This document shows, in pieces, positions 36,827 to 46,441 of a stretch of 64,000 nucleotides of DNA. The DNA is from Parcubacteria bacterium C7867-006. GTDB lineage: Bacteria; Patescibacteriota; Minisyncoccia; Phycocordibacterales; DATDWN01. Where the stretch lies: positions 23,160 through 87,159 of the forward strand of contig LFCP01000001.1 in NCBI GenBank assembly GCA_001189155.1, given 5' to 3'. The position numbers and the translations under genes are program-made. Each line of letters opens with the position of its first letter. Position 1 is the stretch's first letter. The notes beneath the pieces were generated by a model, which did no database searches, was not told where the DNA came from, and worked only from the letters and a program-made list of their open reading frames with translations.

Positions 36827-36962
36827 CTCTTTCAACCTCCACCCATGAGTTCAACAAGGTCGGCACTTCGGTGCCGACCACTTTTATATAAAAATATATT
36901 CTGAAATAGTCGAAAGGCCCCGGTCAGATGACACGAGGCCTGTTCTCAGTTGACTTGAGCGT

Positions 36963-37340
36963 CTAGATACCCAAGTCGTAGCGTTCGGTTGATGGAAGAT
37001 ATTTTCTTCCCAGCCACCGAAAGATGTAGTCCACGATAGATGAGACTTCAGGGATTTCTGGGTCGTTAGTCCTCCCGTACGGCTCAAATTTCATGAAGGT
37101 GAACTTCTTCACGAACACTCGGAGCGGAACTCCTCTTTGCAAGGAAGCCGAAGTTCCCATTGCAATAGAGTTCAGAAGACCAGAGAGAGTTGAGCCCTCT
37201 TTGTTCATTCTGACAAAAATCTCACCGAGTGTACCGTCGTCATAGACGCCGGTAGTGATGATGATTTCGTGTTCTCCGTTGATCCACACTGTCCGTGTAA
37301 ACCCGGCCCTTTCTGGGGGTAGACGATTTCTTTCTGCCAT
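36963..37340 (-). CDS. Isolated C-terminal fragment (125 aa) homologous to class II (B12-dependent) ribonucleotide reductase, part of cassette C
   Basis: GEIFVRMNKEGSTLSGLLNSIAMGTSASLQRGVPLRVFVKKFTFMKFEPYGRTNDPEIPEVSSIVDYIFRWL resembles the NrdJ C-terminal region. Own GGAGG SD. About 48% GC. No N-terminal catalytic part nearby. Confidence 0.45.
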   Translation of the reverse strand: MAERNRLPPERAGFTRTVWINGEHEIIITTGVYDDGTLGEIFVRMNKEGSTLSGLLNSIAMGTSASLQRGVPLRVFVKKFTFMKFEPYGRTNDPEIPEVSSIVDYIFRWLGRKYLPSTERYDLGI

Positions 37341-37407
37341 AGCGCCTCCGGACTTGATACTACCATTGATTACAAATAAGAAAAGACTTTCTGATATAAT
37401 AAAAAAT

Positions 37408-38082
37408 ATGACAATTATATTTACTGACGGATCATCTAGAGGTAATCCTGGTCCAGGAGGGTGGGGGGCGATAGTCTTAACAGAGGATTCTGCTCATGAA
37501 CTTGGTGGTAGGGAGGATGAAACTACAAACAACAGAATGGAAATGATGGCAGTTATTTCTGCATTAGAGTTCGCAAAAAATGAAAATGATATAATTCTAT
37601 ATACTGACTCTGCATATGTACTGAACGGTGCCACTCGTTGGGTAAAAGGTTGGGAGAAAAATAATTGGAAAACTTCAACAAAGGAAGATGTTGTAAATCG
37701 TGATTTGTGGGAAAAAATAATTCCTTTAACTGTACACAAAAATATTGATTGGCAGTTGGTTAAAGGTCACAGCGGAACAGAAGGCAATGAGCGTTGTGAT
37801 GTTATAGCAACATCATTTGCAGATAATGCTCCAGTTGTTTTGTATAACGGATCACGTGAGAGATATGGTGTTGATGTAAAAATAAACCAACCGAATTCAA
37901 ATAAAAAATCTAAATCAAAGAGCAAAGCCTATTCATATGTGAGTATGGTAGATGGTGTAATTCAAACTCACAAAACTTGGGATGAGTGCAAAGCTCGTGT
38001 AAATGGTGTTGCTGGAGCAAGATATAAAAAATCTGTTTCACCTGCAGACGAAGAGGAGATTATAAAAGAATTTGCTAACTAG
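37408..38082 (+). CDS. rnhA: Ribonuclease HI with a C-terminal hybrid-binding (caulimovirus viroplasmin-like) domain
   Basis: RNase H core TDGSSRGNPGPGGWG...TNNRMEMMAV...YTDS. C-terminal YSYVSMVDGVIQTHKTWDECKARVNGVAGARYKKSVSPADEEEIIKEF matches the HBD consensus. Start taken at 37408. Confidence 0.75.
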   Translation: MTIIFTDGSSRGNPGPGGWGAIVLTEDSAHELGGREDETTNNRMEMMAVISALEFAKNENDIILYTDSAYVLNGATRWVKGWEKNNWKTSTKEDVVNRDLWEKIIPLTVHKNIDWQLVKGHSGTEGNERCDVIATSFADNAPVVLYNGSRERYGVDVKINQPNSNKKSKSKSKAYSYVSMVDGVIQTHKTWDECKARVNGVAGARYKKSVSPADEEEIIKEFAN

Positions 38083-38222
38083 TTATGACACCTACTATAG
38101 TTAAAATTTTTTTGGAACATCGCGGAGTCCGTGAAGAGACGAGCGCGAAGAAAATTTTCAGCAGAAAATTATTCTGTTTCCAAAAAAGTTTTAAATATAG
38201 TAGGCGATAAATTTTAAAATTT

Positions 38223-39689
38223 ATGTTACTTCAACTCTCGATTGGTTTCATGGTTGGGATTGCGATTGGGTCATTTATTCCGATTAACTTCGGATTTTTT
38301 ATTGCTTGTGCTTTTCTGACTATTCTTGTTTATTTTTATAAATATTTTGTTTCAGAAAAAGAAAGGAATTTTGTTGTAGCAACTTCGTTTATTTTGATTG
38401 GAGTTTTGTTTGGGATGGGTCGAATGCTTGTTTCTGATTTATATAAACCATCACATCTAGATAGCTATGTTGGTGGAAAAATATCTGCAGAGGGAATAAT
38501 AGTTGATGAACCGGATATTAGGGAGAGTAATACAAAATTAACTGTGAAACTCACAAACGTAGAGGGCAATAGTGTTTCGGAGAGGGTTTTGGTTTCTGTG
38601 CCCATTCATCCAGAGTACCAGTATGGAGATAAAGTTTCACTAACTCTTGTGCTGAAAGAACCAGAGCTAATTGAATCAGAAAATGGAAGAGTTTTTGATT
38701 ACAAAGGATATCTTCGTGTTCGTGGTATTTGGTATACAAGTCAGTTTACAACTATCAAACTACTCTCTTCGGGTAACGGTAGTCCTATAAAAACAATGTT
38801 ATTCAGAGTTAAACATTTATTTACTAACTCGATTAACAACACTCTACCTGAACCAGAATCAAGTTTGCTTTCAGGGCTTTTATTGGGAGGGAAACAGTCA
38901 CTTGGAAAGGATTTGTTATCAGAGTTTCAAAAAACTGGCACGTCACACATAGTTGTTCTTTCTGGTTATAACATTGTAATAGTAGCAGAAAGCATAATGG
39001 ATGTTTTTAAGTTTCTGCCAAAAAATATTTCGTTTGGTGCAGGGGCAGTGGGGATTATTTTATTCACTATTTTATCTGGTGGTGGAGCGTCAGCATGGAG
39101 AGCGGCTATTATGGTTTTGGTTGCTCTGTTTGCAAAAAAGATGAACCGGGATTACAAAGTTTCTCGCGCATTAGGTTTTGCTGTTGTCCTCATGCTTGCT
39201 GGAAATCCAACTCTTCTTGTTTTTGATCCATCGTTTCAACTTTCTGTTTTAGCAACAATAGGACTTGTTTTTGTTTCACCATTTATTGAGCCATTTCTAA
39301 AAAAAGTTCCAGAACGTTTTGGTTTGCGAGAAATTATTTCAGCTACTATTGCAACTCAAATAACAGTTCTACCTTATCTTGTCTATTCAACAGGAATAGT
39401 TTCTCTAGTTTCACTGCCAGTAAATATTTTGATATTGAGCACCATTCCGTTAACAATGTTTCTTGGTTTTGTAACAGGAATATTTGGTTTAGTTTCTCTT
39501 TATCTTTCTTTCATCCCTGCATTATTTGCATACAGTCTTTTGTGGTACCAGTTAGCTGTTGTTCATATTGGAAGTATTGTGCCGATGGGTTACATAAAAC
39601 TCCCAGCTTTTTCACCAGGAGTTTTATTGTTTACCTATTCAGTTATTTTTATTGGATTATATTTTTTAAAACAAAATAAAACTATTTAG
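38223..39689 (+). CDS. comEC: ComEC/Rec2 competence channel protein (membrane core, no MBL domain)
   Basis: Multi-TM protein with a DUF4131-like N-terminus and a competence-domain core; 488 aa. Confidence 0.7.
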   Translation: MLLQLSIGFMVGIAIGSFIPINFGFFIACAFLTILVYFYKYFVSEKERNFVVATSFILIGVLFGMGRMLVSDLYKPSHLDSYVGGKISAEGIIVDEPDIRESNTKLTVKLTNVEGNSVSERVLVSVPIHPEYQYGDKVSLTLVLKEPELIESENGRVFDYKGYLRVRGIWYTSQFTTIKLLSSGNGSPIKTMLFRVKHLFTNSINNTLPEPESSLLSGLLLGGKQSLGKDLLSEFQKTGTSHIVVLSGYNIVIVAESIMDVFKFLPKNISFGAGAVGIILFTILSGGGASAWRAAIMVLVALFAKKMNRDYKVSRALGFAVVLMLAGNPTLLVFDPSFQLSVLATIGLVFVSPFIEPFLKKVPERFGLREIISATIATQITVLPYLVYSTGIVSLVSLPVNILILSTIPLTMFLGFVTGIFGLVSLYLSFIPALFAYSLLWYQLAVVHIGSIVPMGYIKLPAFSPGVLLFTYSVIFIGLYFLKQNKTI

Positions 39690-40308
39690 CTTTAGCAAAA
39701 TTCTCTTCAATCTTTGACCAGTTTAGATTTGCAAAAAAGTCTTCAATGTATTGTTTCTTTCCAGATGGTTGGTAGTCAGCAACAAAAGAGTGCTCCCACA
39801 TATCTAGTGCAAGTATTGGTGTACAACCCTGGAGTTGTCCTAGATGCTGTTCATCAACCCATGTATTGAGTAGTCTATCTTCTTGTTTGTTGTACCACAT
39901 AACAGCCCATCCGACTCCGCGAGTCATTGCAAGCATTTTGAAAATTGAGAGCCATGTTTCAAAAGAACCTTGAGTTTCTTCAATTTTCTTTTTTAGAGGG
40001 CTATTGTCTGAAAGTGGAGTTGCTCCTCCAGATAGTGAATCAAAATAAACTTCGTGATTTCGCATTCCATTGTATTCAAAACTGAAACGTCTAACTATTT
40101 CAGAAGCCTCATATTGATGTTTATCCATTCCATCTTTGTACATTTCTCCAAGTTTCTCTCCAACAAGGTTTGCGTTCTTTACATAACCAGAATATAGCTT
40201 CAAATGTTCCTCAATAGTTTTACTACTTATACCTTTCAGTTCACCGATGTTAAATTTTTTCTCTTCAAATGGTTTCATATTGTTTTTATAAAATCTTTTA
40301 CTCGGCAC
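39682..40308 (-). CDS. sodA: Fe/Mn superoxide dismutase
   Basis: HHxxHH-type N-terminus and DMWEHSFVADYQ C-terminal metal-ligand motif. Confidence 0.8.
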   Translation of the reverse strand: MPSKRFYKNNMKPFEEKKFNIGELKGISSKTIEEHLKLYSGYVKNANLVGEKLGEMYKDGMDKHQYEASEIVRRFSFEYNGMRNHEVYFDSLSGGATPLSDNSPLKKKIEETQGSFETWLSIFKMLAMTRGVGWAVMWYNKQEDRLLNTWVDEQHLGQLQGCTPILALDMWEHSFVADYQPSGKKQYIEDFFANLNWSKIEENFAKAK

Positions 40309-40398
40309 AATTTTTGATAGGCCAGACCCTACCCCTAACCCCTATAAAAAATTTTGCCTCGACGAGATTTTCAAATATTAATAAGTATAATATAGCAT

Positions 40399-41307
40399 AT
40401 GCGAAGTGCCTTTTCCCATTTCAAAACCTATTTGCGTTGGTATATATTAGTTTTTCTAATAATTCTGAGTACTTTAATTTGGTTTGCTGTATTTCATGAA
40501 AACAGACAGGGCATTCTTACTTTTGAAGTTTTAAATATTGGTCAGGGTGATGCTCTTTGGATCGAGTCTCCAACTGGGGTCCAAGTTTTGGTTGATGGTG
40601 GGCCAAACAATACTTTGATGAAAGAAATATCAAAAGTGATGCCTTGGTATGATAGACACATAGATATGTTGGTGGTAACAAATCCGGATAAAGATCACTT
40701 TGAAGGTTTTATTTCTCTTTTAAAAAAATACTCTGTTGACGTTGTTTTGGAACCTGGTACTGAAAATAATACTGATACATATAAAACTTTAGAAAAAGAA
40801 ATTGATGATAAAAAAATTCCAAAAGTTTTGGCTCGTCGTGGTCAGGTGGTGGATTTGGGTGGGGGAGCTTATTTACAAATACTTTTTCCAGATAGAGATG
40901 TCTCAGGATTGTCTTCAAATGACGGTTCTCTTGTGATGAAACTAGTTTATGGGGAAACAACCGTTATGCTTACAGGAGATTCTACAGAAAAAATAGAGCA
41001 TTATCTTGTGAGTATGGATGGAGAAGGTCTAAAAAGCACAATACTTAAAGCTGGTCATCATGGAAGTAGAACTAGTAGCAGTGAAGAATATGTTAGCGCT
41101 GTTAATCCGGAGTGGACTGTGATTTCTTCTGGGATAAAAAATGATTACGGTCATCCTCACAAAGAAACTATTGAGACTATGCAAAAATTAAAAATCCTAA
41201 CATATGATACCTGTAATAACGGTAGAATCATTTTTGTCTCGGATGGAGAAAAATTTGTACTAAAAAATAAAAATATAAAAGAAGCTGTTGTTGGGTGTAA
41301 AATTTAA
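40399..41307 (+). CDS. MBL-fold metallo-hydrolase (ComEC C-terminal-like beta-lactamase domain) with an N-terminal TM segment
   Basis: VLNIGQGDALWIE...LVVTNPDKDHFEGF...LKAGHHGSRTSSS...YGHPH. Confidence 0.7.
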   Translation: MRSAFSHFKTYLRWYILVFLIILSTLIWFAVFHENRQGILTFEVLNIGQGDALWIESPTGVQVLVDGGPNNTLMKEISKVMPWYDRHIDMLVVTNPDKDHFEGFISLLKKYSVDVVLEPGTENNTDTYKTLEKEIDDKKIPKVLARRGQVVDLGGGAYLQILFPDRDVSGLSSNDGSLVMKLVYGETTVMLTGDSTEKIEHYLVSMDGEGLKSTILKAGHHGSRTSSSEEYVSAVNPEWTVISSGIKNDYGHPHKETIETMQKLKILTYDTCNNGRIIFVSDGEKFVLKNKNIKEAVVGCKI

Positions 41308-41358
41308 TTTTGACAGAGTCCAAAAACAGTGTTATTTTGATAAACAGAGGAGGCCGCC

Positions 41359-41643
41359 GTGAGACACGCCAAATTTGAGCAGTATACTTTCCGGTATACT
41401 GTCCCAAGCACTGACGCACAAGGAGAGGAGACGAGGGTGAAAAGAGAGATTCCCCTCGGTTTCAAGACCAGAGAGACAGCTTTGGCGATGGTGAGGGAAT
41501 ACGCCATCAGCCTCAGCTCTGACCCGAATCTTCAAGGGTTCAAGCTCATCTGCCCAGACGATTCCGAGATCGAAATCGATGTCTCGGGGGTGGTTCGGGT
41601 GAACGAGACGGCGCTGGGGATGCTTTCCCACAGCCGGCCTTAA
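41359..41643 (+). CDS. Small protein (94 aa) of unknown function in GC-rich mini-cassette D
   Basis: AGGAGG SD 5 nt before a GTG start. About 55% GC. Upstream TTGACA-17 promoter. Terminator acgaccgg..ccggtcgt followed by a T-run at 41668-41710. Confidence 0.5.
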   Translation: MRHAKFEQYTFRYTVPSTDAQGEETRVKREIPLGFKTRETALAMVREYAISLSSDPNLQGFKLICPDDSEIEIDVSGVVRVNETALGMLSHSRP

Positions 41644-41721
41644 TCTCAAGTTCTACACAAACAAAACGACCGGGCCTATCAAGGTTCCGGTCGTTCTCAT
41701 TTTTATTTAAGTTTGTGTGGA

Positions 41722-41834
41722 TTTTTGTTTGAGTTCAAGGCGCGACGTTTTATTTTTGACTAAGCTTTACATCTAGTACTGCGCATGGAGAAAATAAAAC
41801 TAGCAACGAAGAAATCAGACAAAAAGACGACAAA
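41722..41834 (+). repeat. Structured repeat element, copy 2 (homolog of 19774..19903)
   Basis: Shares GUUCAAGGCGCGACG, UAGUACUGCGC(A/G)UGGAG and CUAGCAAC..AGAAAU. Inner stem GUUUUAUUUU / AAAAUAAAAC shows compensatory changes relative to copy 1. Confidence 0.6.
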
Positions 41835-42077
41835 CTATACTATTCCTGCTTTGTGGAGTGTGGCGTATGCTCCGTTTTTCTGAATAGTTTTTATTCCTTT
41901 TGTAGATAGAGTTAAAGTTACTGATTTTTTAAGTTCAGGAATGTAGATCTTCTTTTTCTGAAGATTTGCGTATCGTCTTTTTACTCCAGTTGGGTTGAAC
42001 TGTGTAGCACGAGTTCGGTTAGAGTAACCTCCACCTAACTGAGATGATTTGTTTGTTATTGCGCAGACTTTTGCCAT
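41835..42077 (-). CDS. rpmB: 50S ribosomal protein L28
   Basis: MAKVCAITNKSSQLGGGYSNRTRAT...; 80 aa. Confidence 0.85.
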   Translation of the reverse strand: MAKVCAITNKSSQLGGGYSNRTRATQFNPTGVKRRYANLQKKKIYIPELKKSVTLTLSTKGIKTIQKNGAYATLHKAGIV

Positions 42078-42118
42078 ATGTTTTATTTGTTTGGATATGC
42101 TAACATAAAACTCATATT

Positions 42119-42733
42119 ATGCAAATAGATTTCATATTTTCAATAATAATACTTATATTTTCAGTTATTGTTCACGAAGTATCTCATGGTTACTCAGCCT
42201 ATCTTCTAGGGGATAATACTGCTAAATATGCTGGCAGACTTAACCTAAACCCGTTAAACCATCTAGAGTGGTTTGGTTCATTTATATTACCAGTACTCTC
42301 GTATAGTCTAGGAGGTTTTATTCTTGGTTGGGCGAAACCAGTACCTTTTAACCCTTATAATCTTAGAAATCAAAAATGGGGTGAAGCTATGGTGGCTATA
42401 GCTGGGCCTCTATCTAATATATGTATAGCTCTATTTTTCGGATTACTTATTCGGTTTGGTATAGCAGCACAGTTCGGTGTGCCTTTTGTTAATATCTCTC
42501 TTATGATAGTTATTATCAATCTAGTATTGGCAACATTTAATCTAGTGCCAATCCCTCCTCTAGACGGTTCAAAAATACTGTTTTCTTTAATACCATATAA
42601 TATGAGGTATATAAGGGATTTTCTTGAGAAAAATCAGCTTTTTCTTATTCTTGTGTTCATATTCTTTCTTTGGAATCTTATTTCTCCACTGGTCAGTCTA
42701 GAACTCAAACTTATTACAGGCCTATCTATTTAG
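42119..42733 (+). CDS. Site-2 protease family (peptidase M50) membrane metalloprotease
   Basis: HEVSHG (HExxH) and NLVPIPPLDGSKIL motifs; multi-TM. Confidence 0.75.
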   Translation: MQIDFIFSIIILIFSVIVHEVSHGYSAYLLGDNTAKYAGRLNLNPLNHLEWFGSFILPVLSYSLGGFILGWAKPVPFNPYNLRNQKWGEAMVAIAGPLSNICIALFFGLLIRFGIAAQFGVPFVNISLMIVIINLVLATFNLVPIPPLDGSKILFSLIPYNMRYIRDFLEKNQLFLILVFIFFLWNLISPLVSLELKLITGLSI

Positions 42734-42796
42734 CCGCGGTAAATCACTTGCGTTTTTCTATCGGATATATTAGAGTAGCAAGGTTAATTAAAAGAA

Positions 42797-43210
42797 ATGT
42801 CAACAATAAATCAACTAATCAGACGAAAGCGATCAAAGCCTAAGGTAAAGCCAAAGGCTGTTGCTCTTACTCGTGGTTTTAACACTCTTACAAACAGACC
42901 TGTATTTTATGGTTCTCCATTTAAGAGAGGTGTATGTACAAAGGTAACAACAAAGACTCCAAAGAAGCCTAACTCAGCTATCCGAAAATACGCGAGAGTT
43001 CGACTTACAAACGGAATGGAAGTTTCTGCTTACATCCCAGGTATGGGTCACAACCTACAGGAGCACTCAGTGGTTCTACTTCGAGGAGGAAAGGTAAAGG
43101 ATGTCGGTCTTCGATACACTATTGTTCGAGGTGTTTTGGATGCTACTGGAGTTGATTCAAGACGACAAGGACGATCACGATACGGTAACAAGAAGCCAAA
43201 AGCTAAGTAA
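42797..43210 (+). CDS. rpsL: 30S ribosomal protein S12
   Basis: [11 protein letters not shown]...[19 protein letters not shown]. Confidence 0.95.
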   Translation: MSTINQLIRRKRSKPKVKPKAVALTRGFNTLTNRPVFYGSPFKRGVCTKVTTKTPKKPNSAIRKYARVRLTNGMEVSAYIPGMGHNLQEHSVVLLRGGKVKDVGLRYTIVRGVLDATGVDSRRQGRSRYGNKKPKAK

Positions 43211-43221
43211 TTTAAATATAT

Positions 43222-43692
43222 ATGCGACGAAAAGTAACTAACAGAAATATAGTAGGACCAGATCACGTATACAACTCTGAAAAGATTGGTAAATTTATCA
43301 ACTATGTAATGCTACGAGGTCAAAAAGAAACAGCTAGAGGTATAGTTTACGAGGCTCTTGAGTTGGTTAAAGAAAGAGCAAAAGTAGAAGATCCTATGGA
43401 GGTTTTGGATGCAGCTTTGAAAAATGCAGGTCCTCTAACAGAAGTACGATCAAGACGAGTTGGTGGTGCTAACTACCAGATTCCTCGAGAGGTTAGACCT
43501 GAGAGACGATCTTTTCTATCTATGAAATGGATCATCGAAGCAGCACGAGAAGGAAAGGGTGCTCCTATGGCATCACGACTAGCAGATGAGATCATTCTAG
43601 CTTCAAAGAACGAAGGAAAGGCGGCAAAGAAGAGAGAGGATACTCATAAGATGGCGGAAGCCAATAAAGCCTTTGCTCATTTTGCTTGGTAA
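43222..43692 (+). CDS. rpsG: 30S ribosomal protein S7
   Basis: Canonical S7 sequence with str-operon synteny. Terminator at 43692-43722. Confidence 0.95.
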   Translation: MRRKVTNRNIVGPDHVYNSEKIGKFINYVMLRGQKETARGIVYEALELVKERAKVEDPMEVLDAALKNAGPLTEVRSRRVGGANYQIPREVRPERRSFLSMKWIIEAAREGKGAPMASRLADEIILASKNEGKAAKKREDTHKMAEANKAFAHFAW

Positions 43693-43924
43693 GAAAAAGC
43701 CCTTCGGGGCCTTTTTCTTACCAAGCAAAATCAATTAAATAGTGCATGGTCGGTAGATAAAATTGCTTTAGAAATTTTATCTCCGGGTGTATTTTTTAAA
43801 AACTCTTAACGTCGTATCTCATCCAAATTGTGAAAACTTAAATTAAACAGTGCTTGATCGGTAAGAAAAAGTTTTTTAATTTTTGTCTTCTGGGTTGGAT
43901 TTTACTTATGATAAAATATTTCAT

Positions 43925-44122
43925 ATGGAAACCTTTTTTGATCTAGTTAAAGATCCGGCACATTGGGAGTTTGAGATATTACTCATCATTATTTTTGATG
44001 TAATTATTGGTTTGGTTATCTGGCCTTTTGTACAGAAGGCTCTTGTTCACCACAAGTCAGATCACGAGAGGTTGGAGGATTTAGAGAGGGAAGTTGAAAG
44101 GCTGAAGAACCCTCAGGGTTAG
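43925..44122 (+). CDS. Small hypothetical membrane protein between rpsG and fusA
   Basis: One TM segment (ILLIIIFDVIIGLVIWPFV); 65 aa counted from the internal Met. Confidence 0.35.
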   Translation: METFFDLVKDPAHWEFEILLIIIFDVIIGLVIWPFVQKALVHHKSDHERLEDLEREVERLKNPQG

Positions 44123-44207
44123 GATTGCTCAAAATGGTCTTTTGGTATATAGTTTGCACATTCCACTCAGGAATTTTTTTTACTCTTTATTATTCATTAA
44201 TTAATTT

Positions 44208-46349
44208 ATGAACCGCGATTATTCATTAGATAAAGTTCGAAACTTCGGTATTATTGCTCACATTGACGCAGGAAAGACAACAACTTCAGAGCGTGTGCTT
44301 TTCTATACAGGAATGACTCACAAAATCGGTGAGGTGCACGAGGGAGAAACTGTTACAGACTGGATGGAGCAGGAGAGAGAGCGAGGTATCACTATTACAG
44401 CTGCTGCTATTACTTGTTTCTGGAACCCAACATACAAACCAAAGGGACAGAAGCCAGAGTATCGATTTAACGTTATTGATACACCGGGTCACATTGACTT
44501 TACAGCTGAAGTAAAAAGATCTCTTAGAGTTTTGGACGGCGCGGTTGTTGTGTTCGATGGAGTTGCTGGAGTAGAACCTCAGTCAGAAACTAACTGGAGA
44601 TACGCTGATGATGGAAACGTTCCACGAATCTGTTTCATCAACAAACTGGACCGAACGGGTGCATCTTTTGAGCGTTCATATGCTTCTATTCTAGATAGAC
44701 TAACTAAAAATGCTGTTAGAGTTCAGATTCCTATCGGACTTGAAGATAAGTTTGAGGGGGTTATCGATCTTTTGAAAATGAAGGCGTTTTACTTTGAGGG
44801 AAACATGGGAATGACTATTAGAGAGGAAGAAATTCCTGCTGAGTATTTAGATGAAGCAAATAAATACAGAGCTGAGCTTGTTGAAAAAGTTGTCGAGCAA
44901 GATGATACTTTGATGGCCGCATATTTAGAAGGAAAGGAGCCTTCATTTGATGACTTAAAGGCTACACTTAGAAAAGCTACTTTGGCGGTTAAGCTAGTGC
45001 CGGTATTTGCTGGTTCAGCTCTGAAAAACAAAGGAGTTCAGTTGGTGCTAGACGGTGTGGTTGATTATCTACCATCTCCACTAGATATTCCTCCTGTTCA
45101 CGGAATTGATCCAAAGACAGGTGGTGAGATATATAGAAATGCATCTGACACAGAACCTTTTGCAGCGCTTGCATTCAAACTTCAGAACGACCCATTCGTA
45201 GGACAGCTAACATTCTTTCGAGTATATTCTGGAACAGTAGAAGCTGGTACATATCTATATAACTCAACTACAGGTGAGAAAGAAAGACTGGGACGTATTG
45301 TGCGACTACAGGCAGATAAACGAGAAGAAGTGAAAAAAGTTTTTGCCGGAGAAATCGCAGCCGCTGTGGGACTAAAGTCAGCAAAGACTTCTCACACGCT
45401 TTGTGATGAAACAAATCCGATCATCCTAGATCCTATTAAATTCGTTGCACCTGTGGTGTCTCTACGAATTGAACCAAAAACAAAAGCAGACCAGGAGAAA
45501 ATGGGTATGGCTTTGAAGAAACTTTCTGACGAAGATCCAACTTTTGTTATTTCATCAAACACAGAAACAGGAGAGTCTATTGTTTCAGGAATGGGTGAGC
45601 TACACCTTGAAATTATGGTTGATCGTATGAAAAGAGAGTTCGGTGTTGAAGTAAATGTCGGTAAACCTCAAGTAGCATACAGAGAGACTATTTTGGGAAC
45701 TGCAGAAGCAGAGCACAAATACATCAAGCAGACTGGAGGTAAGGGTCAGTATGGTCACGTTAAACTGACAATCAAACCAATGGAGAAGATTGAGGAGGGA
45801 GATAAAATTCCAAAGAATGTTAAAAGATACGAAGACTTTGAATTTATTGACTCAATCAAAGGAGGAGTTATTCCACAGGAGTTTATTCCTGCAGTTGAAA
45901 AGGGAGTTCACGAGGCTATGGATAGAGGAATCGTTGCTGGTTTCAAAATGGTAAATATTTCTTGTGAACTAACATTCGGTTCATACCACGATGTGGACTC
46001 ATCTGAAATTGCATACAAGATTGCAGCATCACAAGCCTTCCAAGAAGCAGCTAAAAAAGCAAAACCAGTTATTCTAGAACCTATTATGAAAGTTGAAGCT
46101 ATAATGCCAGAACAATTCATGGGAGATGTGACTGGTTCACTTTCAGGTAAACGAGGACAGATAGAAGGAATGGATGAAAGAGGAATGCTTCGAGTTATTC
46201 ATGCAAAAGTACCTCTATCAGAGATGTTCGGTTATACAACAGATATCCGATCTATGACACAGGGAAGGGGTTCAGTGATGATGGAGTTTGATCATTATGA
46301 AGTTGTTCCTCCTAATGTTGAGAAACAAATAGTAGAAAGCAGAAAATAA
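44208..46349 (+). CDS. fusA: Elongation factor G
   Basis: AHIDAGKTT and DTPGHIDF motifs; 713 aa. Terminator at 46355-46388. Confidence 0.95.
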   Translation: MNRDYSLDKVRNFGIIAHIDAGKTTTSERVLFYTGMTHKIGEVHEGETVTDWMEQERERGITITAAAITCFWNPTYKPKGQKPEYRFNVIDTPGHIDFTAEVKRSLRVLDGAVVVFDGVAGVEPQSETNWRYADDGNVPRICFINKLDRTGASFERSYASILDRLTKNAVRVQIPIGLEDKFEGVIDLLKMKAFYFEGNMGMTIREEEIPAEYLDEANKYRAELVEKVVEQDDTLMAAYLEGKEPSFDDLKATLRKATLAVKLVPVFAGSALKNKGVQLVLDGVVDYLPSPLDIPPVHGIDPKTGGEIYRNASDTEPFAALAFKLQNDPFVGQLTFFRVYSGTVEAGTYLYNSTTGEKERLGRIVRLQADKREEVKKVFAGEIAAAVGLKSAKTSHTLCDETNPIILDPIKFVAPVVSLRIEPKTKADQEKMGMALKKLSDEDPTFVISSNTETGESIVSGMGELHLEIMVDRMKREFGVEVNVGKPQVAYRETILGTAEAEHKYIKQTGGKGQYGHVKLTIKPMEKIEEGDKIPKNVKRYEDFEFIDSIKGGVIPQEFIPAVEKGVHEAMDRGIVAGFKMVNISCELTFGSYHDVDSSEIAYKIAASQAFQEAAKKAKPVILEPIMKVEAIMPEQFMGDVTGSLSGKRGQIEGMDERGMLRVIHAKVPLSEMFGYTTDIRSMTQGRGSVMMEFDHYEVVPPNVEKQIVESRK

Positions 46350-46441
46350 TTAAACAAAAAACTCACCGTACGGTGAGTTTTTTGTTTTAATACACAGAAT
46401 TTTTTGCTAGTACATTTTAAAAAAGTTACAATGTATGCATA

